Below, one piece after another: positions 9,446 to 19,786 of a stretch of DNA of 64,000 nt; the stretch's first letter is position 1, and every line of letters begins with the position of its first letter. The position numbers and the translations under genes are program-made. The DNA comes from Longimicrobiales bacterium. GTDB lineage: Bacteria; Gemmatimonadota; Gemmatimonadetes; Longimicrobiales; Gaopeijiaceae. The stretch covers positions 294,530 to 358,529 of the forward strand of contig JAWLHJ010000006.1 in the NCBI GenBank assembly GCA_041690395.1, read 5' to 3'. The notes under the pieces were generated by a model. It had not been told where the DNA came from and searched no databases. It saw only the letters and a program-made list of their open reading frames with translations.

Positions 9446-9814
9446 TCAGCGCCTGGCGCTCTCCTCACGGCCCCCGCGTCGCCCGGGCTCGTCGCCGCCG
9501 CGGAACATCTCCTCGAGCCGACCGACCAGGGAGTCCGAGCCGGCCTCGCTCGCACCGAAGAGCCCGTCCTCACCACCCTCGGCGTCCATGCGCTCGACCA
9601 CACCGTGGAGGTTGAGCCACGCGTCGAACCGCTCGCTGCCGCGCAGCACCGAGTAGAAGAGCCGGGGCCGCCTGCCGCGCCCCGCGATCAGGTCGATGAG
9701 CATCGCACCGATGGACACGTTGAAGACGAGGATGTCCTTCAGGCCGTCCAGAGCCAGCTTGAGCTGAAAGATCGCGAAGTCCCTGAAGGTGACTCCCCTG
9801 GATGCGACGGTCAT
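9446..9814 (-). CDS. hypothetical protein (122 aa)
   Basis: GGAG upstream; coding-like composition (RDFAIFQLKLALDGLKD). Confidence 0.7.
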   Translation of the reverse strand: MTVASRGVTFRDFAIFQLKLALDGLKDILVFNVSIGAMLIDLIAGRGRRPRLFYSVLRGSERFDAWLNLHGVVERMDAEGGEDGLFGASEAGSDSLVGRLEEMFRGGDEPGRRGGREESARR

Positions 9815-10010
9815 GGTGGTACAGCTCCCTGCGTTCGTGTTCGGGTCAGCGAATCGTCCGGGCTCTTGCCCGGCCCTTCACCGCACCCTACGAGTGAGCG
9901 GGAAGCCTGGATTCAAGACGACCCGTCGCGCCGGTCGACGCAGGAACCTTCCCCGAACGGGACCGTACGAGAAACTCCGCGCTTCACGCCTCTCACCGGA
10001 CGCCAGTCTC

Positions 10011-10877
10011 ATGACGCGTTTACTCCGAGCCGGCCTGGTGACGGGCCTTTCGCTCACGCTCGTGAGCGCTGAGCCGTCGGCCGTGCGCGGGACCGACGCG
10101 GCGGCTTCGGAGGGCGTCGGCGAGCTCGCCGGAAGCGCGCCGCGATCCGGAGCGCCGGCCGAGACCACGCGCCCTGTCTCCCGGGCGGCCGACTTCGAGC
10201 GCCCGGGCAGGCACGCCTTCTACTGGACGCGCGGTGCCTACTCGGACGGCGGAGGCGGCTGGGGTTGGGGGCGCCGGAACGCCTGGGCGACCGACTATCC
10301 GAAGAGCGACATCCAGTTCGTGACGGTCCTACAGCGCCTTGTCCGGCTCGACGTCTTCCAGGAGGAGAACGCCGTTCGGCTGGACGACCCGATCCTGCGA
10401 CACTTCCCCGTGCTCTACATGGTGGAGGTCGGTTACATGGACCTCGGCGACTCGGAGGTCGAGGCGCTCAGGGGCTTCCTCGATTCCGGCGGCTTCCTGA
10501 TCGTCGACGACTTCTGGGGTGCGCGCGAGTGGGCGGTGTTCGAGGACAACATCACGCGTGTGCTCCCCGACAAGCCCATCGTCGACTTGCCACTCGAGCA
10601 CCCCGTCTTCAGCGTCTTCTACGACATCGACGAGGTGAAGCAGGTGCCTGCGCGGGGACGTGGTGTCCGAGGCCGGCCCACCACGCAGTGCAGGGGCTGC
10701 GAGGCCACCGTCCGGGGCATCTTCGACGACGACGGGCGGCTGATGGTCATCATCAACTGGAACACCGACCTCGGCGACGCCTGGGAGTGGGCCGAAGACC
10801 CCTACTATCCCCTCGAGTACTCGACGTACGCCTATCAGATGGGCGCGAACATGATCGTCTACGCGATGAGCCACTGA
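10011..10877 (+). CDS. DUF4159-like protein, exported
   Basis: WATDYPKSD, LRGFLDSGGFLIVDDFWG, HPVFSVFYDI, NTDLGDAWE, MGANMIVYAMSH; N-terminal signal-like segment. Confidence 0.85.
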   Translation: MTRLLRAGLVTGLSLTLVSAEPSAVRGTDAAASEGVGELAGSAPRSGAPAETTRPVSRAADFERPGRHAFYWTRGAYSDGGGGWGWGRRNAWATDYPKSDIQFVTVLQRLVRLDVFQEENAVRLDDPILRHFPVLYMVEVGYMDLGDSEVEALRGFLDSGGFLIVDDFWGAREWAVFEDNITRVLPDKPIVDLPLEHPVFSVFYDIDEVKQVPARGRGVRGRPTTQCRGCEATVRGIFDDDGRLMVIINWNTDLGDAWEWAEDPYYPLEYSTYAYQMGANMIVYAMSH

Positions 10878-10905
10878 TGCGGGAGCTTCGATACGGTGGC
10901 CCACG

Positions 10906-13191
10906 ATGAGCAGTCTGTTCGAGCTCCTCTTCAAGTACCGCCCGCTCGTCTTCGAGCAGGGCGACTTCACGTTCGCCGCGCCTGGAAACGTACGCGTGAT
11001 GGTCCTGGTCGCCGCGCTGCTCGCCATCGGCGCGATCGGCACCTATGCGCTGGTCCGGGGCCGCAGCACGCCCACCGAGCGGGGCGTCATGGCCGGCCTC
11101 CGTGTCGGACTGGTGGGGCTCGTGGTCTTCGCGCTTCTGCAGCCGACGCTGGTCGTCTCGACCGTGGTTCCGCAGCAGAACTTCCTCGGGGTGCTGATCG
11201 ACGACTCACGCAGCATGGCGCTGGCCGACGCCGACGGCTCGCCGCGGAGCGACTTCGTGACGACGCAGCTGTCGGCCGGGGAGGGCACGCTCGTCGACGC
11301 CCTCTCGGAGCGCTTCGTCCTCCGCTACTTCCGCTTCTCGGACGTCGCGAGGCGCGTGGGTTCGCCGGCGGAGCTCGGGTACGCGGGCCCACGGACCGAC
11401 CTGGCGACCGCGCTCGACGCGGCCCGCCAGGAGCTGTCGGGTGTCCCTCTCTCGGGCCTCGTGGTCGTGACGGACGGCGCCGACACCGGCGACCGTCCCA
11501 TCACGGAGGCCCTGGTCCCTCTGCAGGCCGGCCGGATCCCGGTCTTCACGGTCGGGCTGGGCGAAGAGGTGATCCGCCCGGACATCGAGGTGGGCCGGGT
11601 GGAGCTTCCGCGCGCGATTCTGGCCGGCAGCACTGTGCTGGTCGATGTCATGGTGACCCAGCACGGCATGGGACGGTCGAGCGTCCCACTCATCGTCGAG
11701 GACGACCGGCGGATCCTGTCGGAGGAGTCGATCGAGCTCGGTCCCGACGGGGAGCCCGTCGTCGCCAGGGTCTCCTTCCAGCTCGAGGAGCCGGGCCCCC
11801 ACCGCGTCCGCTTCCGGATTCCGCCTCAGGAGGGGGAGCGGGTCGACCGGAACAACGCACGTGAGGTGCTCGTCGAGGTCCGCGGGGAGCGGGAGAAGAT
11901 CCTCTACTTCGAGGGCGAGCCCCGCTTCGAGGTGAAGTTCACACGCCGCGCCGTCGAGGAGGACGAGAACCTCCAGCTCGTCGTGCTCCAGCGGACCGCC
12001 GACAGCAAGTTCCTGCGCCTCGCCGTCAGCGACAGCACGGAGCTCCAGTACGGCTTCCCCACGAGCCGCGAGGAGCTCTACCGCTACCGGGCCCTCGTGC
12101 TCGGAAGCGTCGAAGCGTCGCACTTCACGTTCGACCAGCTCGCGATGATCGCCGACTTCGTGTCCGAGCGGGGCGGCGGACTGTTGTTTCTCGGGGGCCG
12201 TGACGCTTTCGCCGAGGGCGGCTGGGCCGGAACGCCGGTGGAAGCGGTCATGCCCGTGGTGCTCGACCAGCCGACCGGCGGGGCCGACGGTTTCTTCTCC
12301 GAGGTCTCGGTCGGGCCGACGCCGGCGGGGCTGGCGCACCCCACCGTCCAGCTCGACGCGCCGATCGAGGACGTGGCCGACCGGTGGAGCGCGCTGCCAC
12401 CGCTCACCATCGTGAACCGCCTCACCCGGACCAAGCCCGGTGCGACCACGCTCCTGACCGGAGCCTCGCCGGACCTGACGCCGGACCAGGTGGTGTTGGC
12501 GTTCCAGCGGTACGGGAGGGGGAAGGCCGCGGCGCTCACCGTGCAGGACTCCTGGCTCTGGCAGATGCACGCGGACGTGCCCGTGGAGGACCAGAGCCAC
12601 GAGGCGTTCTGGCAACAGATGCTCCGCTGGCTCGTGGACGGCGTGCCCACGCCGGTGGCGGCCACCGTGGCGCGGGAGCGCGTCGATCCGTCGTCGTCCG
12701 TTCGGATTTCGGCCGCGATCGCGGACTCGACGTACATCGAGGTCAACGACGCCTCGGTCACCGCTCGCGTGACGACGCCCACCGGAGCCATCGAGGAGAT
12801 CCCGCTCGGGTGGACGGTCGAGCGGGACGGCGACTACGCCGCGGAGCTGCGCCCGGTCGAGGAAGGCGACTACGAGGTGGAGATCATCGCGGAGCGCGAC
12901 GGTGTCCCGATGGGCTCGTCACGAACCTACTTCCGGGCGGGTCCGGGCGACGACGAGTTCTTCGGCGCCGGGCGCCGCACCGCGTTCCTCGAGCGGATCG
13001 CGACGGAGACCGGAGGACGGTCCTACACGCCCGCGACCGTCGCCTCGCTGCCCGAGGACATCGCGGTCACGGGCGCCGGGGTCACGCTCGTCGAGGAGCG
13101 CGACCTGTGGGACATGCCTGCGCTCTTCCTGCTGATCCTACTCCTCATGGGCGCCGAGTGGGGCTTCCGTCGCATACGGGGGCTCGTGTGA
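10906..13191 (+). CDS. membrane protein with vWA, Ig-like and class I glutamine-amidotransferase-like domains
   Basis: N-terminal TMs; MIDAS DDSRSM and VVVTDG; DFVSERGGGLLFLGG; QRYGRGK; C-terminal TM ending EWGFRR. Confidence 0.85.
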   Translation: MSSLFELLFKYRPLVFEQGDFTFAAPGNVRVMVLVAALLAIGAIGTYALVRGRSTPTERGVMAGLRVGLVGLVVFALLQPTLVVSTVVPQQNFLGVLIDDSRSMALADADGSPRSDFVTTQLSAGEGTLVDALSERFVLRYFRFSDVARRVGSPAELGYAGPRTDLATALDAARQELSGVPLSGLVVVTDGADTGDRPITEALVPLQAGRIPVFTVGLGEEVIRPDIEVGRVELPRAILAGSTVLVDVMVTQHGMGRSSVPLIVEDDRRILSEESIELGPDGEPVVARVSFQLEEPGPHRVRFRIPPQEGERVDRNNAREVLVEVRGEREKILYFEGEPRFEVKFTRRAVEEDENLQLVVLQRTADSKFLRLAVSDSTELQYGFPTSREELYRYRALVLGSVEASHFTFDQLAMIADFVSERGGGLLFLGGRDAFAEGGWAGTPVEAVMPVVLDQPTGGADGFFSEVSVGPTPAGLAHPTVQLDAPIEDVADRWSALPPLTIVNRLTRTKPGATTLLTGASPDLTPDQVVLAFQRYGRGKAAALTVQDSWLWQMHADVPVEDQSHEAFWQQMLRWLVDGVPTPVAATVARERVDPSSSVRISAAIADSTYIEVNDASVTARVTTPTGAIEEIPLGWTVERDGDYAAELRPVEEGDYEVEIIAERDGVPMGSSRTYFRAGPGDDEFFGAGRRTAFLERIATETGGRSYTPATVASLPEDIAVTGAGVTLVEERDLWDMPALFLLILLLMGAEWGFRRIRGLV

Positions 13192-14237
13192 GACGGCTGC
13201 GGCGAACCATCCGGACCGCATTGCTCCCCGGCGCGGCCGCGCTGGCCGTCCTGGCCGCCGCGCCCATCGCCCCGTCGGCGACCGCCTTCGAGCTCGAGGC
13301 GCAGGCGCGCACGCGAGCGCTGGTCGTGGTCGGGCTGGGCGGAACGACGGAATACCGGGAGCGCTTCAACGAACAGGCGCGCACGCTTCGGGAGGGTCTC
13401 GTCGAGCAGCACGGCCTCGACCCGGGCGACGTCGTCTACCTCGGCGAGCGAGTGGAGATCGATCCGGAGGTCATCTCGGACCGCGCCACGCGCGAGAACG
13501 TGCTCGGGGTGCTCGAGCGGTTCGCCGCCGCGTCGGACCCCGAGGACCGCGTGCTGGTGGTGCTGATCGGCCACGGGACGTCCGGCGCCGGGGGAGAAGC
13601 GTTCAACCTGCCCGGCCCGGACATCGGCCCCGACGATCTGGCCGAAGCTCTCGCCGCGTTCGGCTCGACGCCCGTCGCGTTCGTGCACACGGGAAGCGGT
13701 AGCGGCGCCTACCTGGAGCCGCTGGCGGGGCCCGACCGTATCGTGATCACGGCGACCCGAACCGGGCGCGAGTTGAACGCGACGCGCTTCGGAGAGCACT
13801 TCGTGGCGGCGCTGTCGGGCGAGGGCGCCGACATCGACCGGGACGGCCGGATCTCGCTGCTGGAGGCATACACGTACGCCCGTGACGAGGTCGCGCGGCA
13901 CTACGAGAGCGAGAACCAGATCCAGACCGAGCACGCGATGCTCGACGACGACGGAGACGGGAGCGGCACGCACGAGGCCGGCCCGGACACACCGGACGGA
14001 CGGCTCGCGAGCACGTTCGCGTTCGGAGGCCGCGTGCAGACGGACGCTCCCGAGACCGACGATCCCGAACTGGCCCGACTCTATGGGGAGCGCGCGGAGA
14101 TCCAGGGTCGCATCGAGGAGCTGAGGGCGCTGTCGGGATCGCTGGACGAGGACGTCTACCTCGCCCGGATGGAGGAGCTGCTGGTCGAGCTCGCGCTGAA
14201 GAACCGCGAGATCGCCGCAGCAGGAGGCGGGCGATGA
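13188..14237 (+). CDS. exported caspase/C13-fold protein with Ser at the catalytic Cys position
   Basis: GTG overlaps the upstream TGA; ATRENVL..DRVLVVLIGHGT..VAFVHTGSGSG..IVITAT..ADIDRDGRISLLEAY. Confidence 0.7.
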   Translation: MRRLRRTIRTALLPGAAALAVLAAAPIAPSATAFELEAQARTRALVVVGLGGTTEYRERFNEQARTLREGLVEQHGLDPGDVVYLGERVEIDPEVISDRATRENVLGVLERFAAASDPEDRVLVVLIGHGTSGAGGEAFNLPGPDIGPDDLAEALAAFGSTPVAFVHTGSGSGAYLEPLAGPDRIVITATRTGRELNATRFGEHFVAALSGEGADIDRDGRISLLEAYTYARDEVARHYESENQIQTEHAMLDDDGDGSGTHEAGPDTPDGRLASTFAFGGRVQTDAPETDDPELARLYGERAEIQGRIEELRALSGSLDEDVYLARMEELLVELALKNREIAAAGGGR

Positions 14238-16906
14238 GCGGCGCACGTCGGCGGTCCCCGCCCGGGCGGAGGACCACACGGATCGGCGGCGGGCTGGCGC
14301 TCGTTGCGGCGGTCCTCGCCTGGTTGCCGGCGACCGCCGGAGCACAGGCGACGTCGGACGCCAGGGCCGCACTCGACACCGGCGACTACGAGGAGGCGAT
14401 CGCGGGCTTCACGCGCGCGGTTCGCGCCGACCGGACGGCCACCGAGGCCCGGATCGGGCTCATGGAGGCGCTCCTCGCCACGGGCGAGTACGAGAGGGCC
14501 GTCGAGATCGGCGAGGATGCGCCGGCACCGTCCGCGGTCGGTTATCACCTCGGCGAGGCTCTGCTCGCGACGGGACGACGCGACGAGGCCGAGGCCGCCT
14601 TCGAGGGAACGGCCTCGACGGCAAATCGCTGGAGCCTCACCGCCGAGGCCGCGTTGGCGCGCTCGCACTTCGAGCGCGGCGCCATCGAAGAAGCCACGCG
14701 CCGCTTCGACCGCTTCATCGACGTCTACAACGCGTCGGCCGGCCGGCTGGGAGCGCTCGACCTCGTCGCCGTGGGTCACGCCGTCGCCTTCTTGGGGCGC
14801 GAGCGCCCCTCGATGTTCCAGGACGCCCTGCGCGCCTACGACGAAGCCGCGGACCGCGACCCGGCCGTCCTCGACGCCAGGGTCTCGGCGGGGGACCTCT
14901 TCCTGGCGAAGTATTCGAGCCCGGAAGCCAAGACGGAGTACGAAGCGGTCCTGTCCCGGAACCCGAACCATCCGGGCGCGCTCTTCGGCATGGCGCGGGC
15001 GCTCGAGTTCGACGGCTCCGCCGAGTCGGGGGATTACCTCCGGCGGCTCTTCGAGGTCAACCCGAACCACGTCGAGGCCCGGGCGCTCAGGGCTCGTCAG
15101 CTGCTTTCACGCGGCGACTGGGACGAGGCCCGGGCGGAGATCGAGCGGGCGCTGGCGGTGAACCCGCGCGCCCTCCCCGCGCTGACGGCGCTCGCGGGCC
15201 ATCACTTCGTGACGGGCGACGACGCCGCCTTCCGCGACGCCCGTGCCGAGGTGCTCGCCCACAACCCTCGCTACGCGGTCATGGATGCGACGCTCGCGGA
15301 GCTCGCGGTGCAGACCCGGCGCTACGCGGAGGCCGTCGAGCGCGCGGAGGCCGCGGTCGCGCTGGATTCCGCCGCCTGGGAGGCCTGGGGGCTCCTCGGC
15401 CTCAACCGCTTGCGCATCCGGGAGATCCCGGCCGGGCGCGAGGCGCTGGAGCGCGCCTTCGCGGGCGATCCGTTCAACCCGTGGTTCAAGAACACGCTCG
15501 ACCTGCTGGACACCTTCGAGCGGTTCGAGACCCGGGAGACCGAGCACTTCGAGCTCTTCGCGCGCGACGACGAGGCGGAGCTCCTCGCGACCTATCTGGC
15601 GCCCCTCGCGGAGGAAGCCTACGCGGCTCTCGCCGCCCGCTACGGCTACGAGCCCACGACGCCCATCCGGGTGGAGCTCTACCCGAGCCACGCCGACTTC
15701 TCGGTCCGCACCCTGGGTGAGGCCGGCCTCGGTGCCCTCGGTGTCAGCTTCGGCCCGGTCGTGGTCATGGACGCGCCCTCGGCACGCACCCTGGGCGAGT
15801 ACAACTGGGCGTCGGTCTTCTGGCACGAGTTGGCGCACTCGTTCCATCTGGGCATGACCGACCACCGGGTGCCGCGGTGGTTCTCGGAGGGGCTGGCGGT
15901 CCACGAGCAACGGAAGGCCCGTCCCGGGTGGGGACATCGTCCGACGCCCAGCTTCCTGACGGCGCTCCGTGACGGGCGCCTCAAGGCCGTGAGCGAGCTG
16001 AACGACGGCTTCATGCGTCCGGACTACCCGGAGCAGGTGGTACACTCCTACTACCAGGCTTCGCTCGTCTTCGAGCTCATCGAAGACCGGTGGGGCTTCG
16101 ACGCCATCCGGGCGATGCTCGACGGGCACCACCGCGGCGAGGAGCCGGAGGCGGTTCTCGAGGCAGTGCTCGGGATGTCCCCCGCTGACTTCGACGCACT
16201 CTTCGAGAGTCATCTGGACCAGCGCTTCGCGCGGGTGCTGCGGGGGCTCCCCGGCCCGGGAGCGCGCCCCGGCGCCGACGCGAGCCTGGCCGAGCACGAA
16301 GCGTTCGTGGCGTCGCGCCCGGACGATTTCGTCGCCCGCCTCGCTCTCGGGGCGCGCCTCGTCGAGGCCGGCCGCCTGGACGACGCCGAGCGGCATCTAC
16401 TCGCGGCCGCGGAGATCTTCCCCGAATACGTGGGCCCCGACGCGCCGCATGTACAGCTCGCGGCCGTCCATCGCCTGCGGGGGAACCCGGAACGGGCGGC
16501 GGAGAGCCTTGCCCTCCACGATGCCCTGGACGAAGCGAGCTATGCGACCCGCGTCGAGCGCGCGGAGCTGCTCCGGGACGTCGGACGCCCCGCCGAGGCC
16601 GCCGAGGCGCTCCAGGAGGCGGCGCTCGTCTGGCCGTACGAGATCGACCTCCACCGTGAGCTCGCCGACCTCCTCGCGGAGCTCGGTGACCACGAAGGAG
16701 AGGTGCTCGAGCGGCGGGCCGTCGTGGCCCTGCGGCCTACCGACCAGGCCGAAGCGTATTACCTACTGGCCAGGGCGGAGGCGAACGCCGGGGACGCCAC
16801 GTCCGCGCGCCGCTCGGTTCTCCGCGCGCTCGAAGTGGCGCCGAACTACGACGAGGCGCTCGAGCTGCTGCTGGAGCTCCGCGGAGGCGGGGGCGGCGAG
16901 CCATGA
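14234..16906 (+). CDS. TPR-repeat protein with central peptidase MA/gluzincin domain
   Basis: signal peptide; many TPR-like repeats (ALAVNP, ALEVAPN); HELAH plus PRWFSEGLA. Confidence 0.85.
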   Translation: MSGARRRSPPGRRTTRIGGGLALVAAVLAWLPATAGAQATSDARAALDTGDYEEAIAGFTRAVRADRTATEARIGLMEALLATGEYERAVEIGEDAPAPSAVGYHLGEALLATGRRDEAEAAFEGTASTANRWSLTAEAALARSHFERGAIEEATRRFDRFIDVYNASAGRLGALDLVAVGHAVAFLGRERPSMFQDALRAYDEAADRDPAVLDARVSAGDLFLAKYSSPEAKTEYEAVLSRNPNHPGALFGMARALEFDGSAESGDYLRRLFEVNPNHVEARALRARQLLSRGDWDEARAEIERALAVNPRALPALTALAGHHFVTGDDAAFRDARAEVLAHNPRYAVMDATLAELAVQTRRYAEAVERAEAAVALDSAAWEAWGLLGLNRLRIREIPAGREALERAFAGDPFNPWFKNTLDLLDTFERFETRETEHFELFARDDEAELLATYLAPLAEEAYAALAARYGYEPTTPIRVELYPSHADFSVRTLGEAGLGALGVSFGPVVVMDAPSARTLGEYNWASVFWHELAHSFHLGMTDHRVPRWFSEGLAVHEQRKARPGWGHRPTPSFLTALRDGRLKAVSELNDGFMRPDYPEQVVHSYYQASLVFELIEDRWGFDAIRAMLDGHHRGEEPEAVLEAVLGMSPADFDALFESHLDQRFARVLRGLPGPGARPGADASLAEHEAFVASRPDDFVARLALGARLVEAGRLDDAERHLLAAAEIFPEYVGPDAPHVQLAAVHRLRGNPERAAESLALHDALDEASYATRVERAELLRDVGRPAEAAEALQEAALVWPYEIDLHRELADLLAELGDHEGEVLERRAVVALRPTDQAEAYYLLARAEANAGDATSARRSVLRALEVAPNYDEALELLLELRGGGGGEP

Positions 16907-17757
16907 GCGGACTCGGACGGTACGGACTCGTGGCATGGGCGCTAGGTGGCGCGGCGGCGGTCGGCGCCGTTGCGGTCAGCGCGGGGGCGATCGGCGCGCT
17001 GACGCTCGGGCTCCCAAGCCCCGAGGCGGGGGTCGGGGCCGCGTCGTCGGCCCGCCACCAGGCACCCTCCGCCCCGCAGGAGATGACCATGCCCTACGAC
17101 GGCCGCCACCAGTTCGTGCGCATCCGATACGAGCCGCGGGGCCGCGGCGGGTTCGGGGGCTTCGGCCGCGGAGGTCGCGAGCCCATGTGGGCCCACGACT
17201 ACCCGAGGGCCGACCGCAACTTCCTCAAGATCATCGAGGAGACCACGCACCTCCGGACCCGCCCGGACGGGATGAGCGTCCTCACCGCCGACGACCCACG
17301 CCTCTTCCTGCACCCCGTGGCGTACATCGTCGAGGTCGGGGCTTGGGACCCGTCGGACGCCGAAGCGGAGGCCATGGGGGCGTACCTGAGCAAGGGCGGC
17401 TTCATCATCGTCGACGACTTTCGCGGCCGGTTCGCCCTCGACAATCTGGCGTACCAGGTCGACCGGATGCTCCCCGGGAGCCGGCTGATGCCGCTCCCGC
17501 CGGACCACCGGATCTTCGACTCGTTCTTCCGCATCATCCCCGACCAGGTCATTCCGCCCTACGGGAACGAGCCGCCGGTGTGGCTCGCGGTCTACGAGAA
17601 CAACGACCCGAGCCGCCGCATCCAGATGGTCGTGAACTACAACAACGACATCGGCGACTACTGGGAGTTCAGCGATTACGGATACTACCCGATAGACCTC
17701 TCGAACGAAGCGTACAAGCTCGGCGTCAACTACGTGGTGTACGCCTACACGAACTGA
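16903..17757 (+). CDS. DUF4159-like protein (second paralogue)
   Basis: WAHDYPRAD, YLSKGGFIIVDDF, HRIFDSFF, NNDIGDYWE, LGVNYVVYAYT. Confidence 0.85.
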   Translation: MSGLGRYGLVAWALGGAAAVGAVAVSAGAIGALTLGLPSPEAGVGAASSARHQAPSAPQEMTMPYDGRHQFVRIRYEPRGRGGFGGFGRGGREPMWAHDYPRADRNFLKIIEETTHLRTRPDGMSVLTADDPRLFLHPVAYIVEVGAWDPSDAEAEAMGAYLSKGGFIIVDDFRGRFALDNLAYQVDRMLPGSRLMPLPPDHRIFDSFFRIIPDQVIPPYGNEPPVWLAVYENNDPSRRIQMVVNYNNDIGDYWEFSDYGYYPIDLSNEAYKLGVNYVVYAYTN

Positions 17758-17819
17758 CCCCGCGGACCGCACGGATCACCCACCGGCCCCACGGGGCCCC
17801 ACACGAAACGGAGACAGCC

Positions 17820-18860
17820 TTGACCGACGACGCGATCGGAACGCTCACCATCGAGGACGCGGACGACGTCGCCCTGGCCGACCGCCTGAAGCGCGGCCGC
17901 GAAGAGGTCATCGGCGAGCTCAGGAAGCTCATCATCGGGCAGGAGGAGGTCATCGAGCAGGTGCTCCTGACCCTCTTCGTGGGCGGCAACAGCCTCCTCA
18001 TGGGCGTTCCCGGGCTGGCCAAGACGCTGCTCATCCATACCGTGGCCCAGGTGCTCGACCTGAGATTCTCGCGCATCCAGTTCACGCCGGACCTCATGCC
18101 GTCCGACATCACGGGCACCGACATCATCCAGGAAGACGCGCAGACGGGACGCCGCGAGATGGTCTTCGCGCCGGGCCCGGTCTTCGCGAACATCGTCCTC
18201 GCCGACGAGATCAACCGGACGCCGCCCAAGACGCAGGCCGCGCTGCTCGAGGCGATGCAGGAACACCGCGTGACCGTCCAGGGACGCACCTACACGCTCG
18301 AAGAGCCGTTCTACGTCTTCGCGACCCAGAACCCCATCGAGCTGGAAGGCACGTACCCCCTCCCCGAAGCGCAGCTCGACCGCTTCATGTTCGAGATCGT
18401 CATCGAGCATCTCTCCGAGGAGGAGGAGCTCGAGGTAGTGAGGACCACCACCGGGATCCTCGACCCGAAGTTCGGCCATGCGATCACCGGTCCGGACCTC
18501 GTCGCCTTCCAGAAGCTCGTGCGCCGGGTGCCGGTCTCCGACTCCGTTCTGCGATACGCGGTCGGGCTCACCCGGGCCAGCCGCCCGTCGCCGAACGGCG
18601 AGACCCCGGACTTCGTCAAGAAGTGGATCGCCTATGGAGCCTCCGTCCGGGCCGCGCAGTACCTGGTCCTCGGGGCCAAGGCCCGCGCGCTGACGCAGGG
18701 CCGCTACCACGTGACCTTCGAGGACATCCGCGCGCTCGCGCACCCCGTGCTGCGGCACCGGGTGCTCACCAACTTCCACGCCGAGTCGGAAGGCCGGACC
18801 TCCGGGGAGCTCATCGACATGCTCCTGGAAGCCGTGCCTGTCCCGTCCTCGGGCATGTAG
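17820..18860 (+). CDS. MoxR family AAA+ ATPase (TTG start)
   Basis: GVPGLAKT, RIQFTPDLMPSDITG, ADEINRTPPKTQAALLEAM, ATQNPIELEGTYPLPEAQLDRF; GGAGA before TTG. Confidence 0.95.
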   Translation: MTDDAIGTLTIEDADDVALADRLKRGREEVIGELRKLIIGQEEVIEQVLLTLFVGGNSLLMGVPGLAKTLLIHTVAQVLDLRFSRIQFTPDLMPSDITGTDIIQEDAQTGRREMVFAPGPVFANIVLADEINRTPPKTQAALLEAMQEHRVTVQGRTYTLEEPFYVFATQNPIELEGTYPLPEAQLDRFMFEIVIEHLSEEEELEVVRTTTGILDPKFGHAITGPDLVAFQKLVRRVPVSDSVLRYAVGLTRASRPSPNGETPDFVKKWIAYGASVRAAQYLVLGAKARALTQGRYHVTFEDIRALAHPVLRHRVLTNFHAESEGRTSGELIDMLLEAVPVPSSGM

Positions 18861-18868
18861 GAGGACCG

Positions 18869-19786
18869 GTGACGGCCAGAGCTCGGACCGCCGGAGGCGG
18901 CGCCAGGTTCCTCGACCCGGGCGTGCTCGCCCGTATCGGAAACCTGGAGCTCCTCGCGCGCACCGTGGTGGACGGGTTCCTGACGGGGCTACACCGCTCG
19001 CCCTACCTCGGCTTCAGCACCGACTTCGCCGAGCACCGCGCGTACATGCCGGGCGACGACGTGCGGCGGATCGACTGGCGGCTCTTCGCGCGTACCGACC
19101 GGCATTACATCAAGCTCTTCGAGGCGGAGACGAACGCGAACGTCTCCATCCTCCTCGACGTCTCGCGGTCCATGAGCTACGGCAGCCACGAGGTCACGAA
19201 GCTCGACTACGGCCGCTACCTGGCCGCGTGCCTGGGATATCTGTCCAACCGGCAGCGCGACCGGGTCGGGCTGGTCACCTTCGACCACGAGCTCGTCGAG
19301 TACCTCCCGCCATCCATGCGGACCCCGGACACCATGCTCCACCTCCTGGACCGCGTGGATCCGGGCCGCCCCGGCGAGCTCGCCCCACCGCTGCTCCGGG
19401 CCACCGAGCTTCTCGGCCGGAAGGGGATCGTCATGCTCGTGTCCGACCTCTACGAGAATCCCGAGGACGTGCTCGCGGCGGTGGGTCCACTGCGCGCGCG
19501 CGGCCACGACGTCATCGTCTTCCACGTGCTCGACCCGATGGAGCTCGAGTTCTCGTTCGAGGGCGCCTCGGGCTTCGAGGATCTCGAGACGGGTGAGCAG
19601 ATCCCGGTCGTGCCGGAGCGGGTGAAGGCCGGGTACCGCCGGCTCATGGACGAGCACCTCGAAACGCTCGCGAAGCGCTTCAGCGACAACCGGATCGACT
19701 ACCTGCTGCTCGACAGCTCGAAGCCGCTCGACGACGCGCTCTTCCGGTACCTGTTGGCCCGTGAGCGCATGAGGACGGCGAGATGA
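18869..19786 (+). CDS. DUF58 domain protein
   Basis: GLHRSP..STDFAEHRAYMPGDDVRRIDW, DVSRSM, LVSDLY; GGAGG before GTG. Confidence 0.93.
   Translation: MTARARTAGGGARFLDPGVLARIGNLELLARTVVDGFLTGLHRSPYLGFSTDFAEHRAYMPGDDVRRIDWRLFARTDRHYIKLFEAETNANVSILLDVSRSMSYGSHEVTKLDYGRYLAACLGYLSNRQRDRVGLVTFDHELVEYLPPSMRTPDTMLHLLDRVDPGRPGELAPPLLRATELLGRKGIVMLVSDLYENPEDVLAAVGPLRARGHDVIVFHVLDPMELEFSFEGASGFEDLETGEQIPVVPERVKAGYRRLMDEHLETLAKRFSDNRIDYLLLDSSKPLDDALFRYLLARERMRTAR

Noticed and set aside
16449..17819. Long N-terminal extension of the MoxR ORF (803 aa)
   Set aside because: Out-of-frame overlap with two real genes and Arg/Pro-rich composition; TTG 17820 has a good RBS
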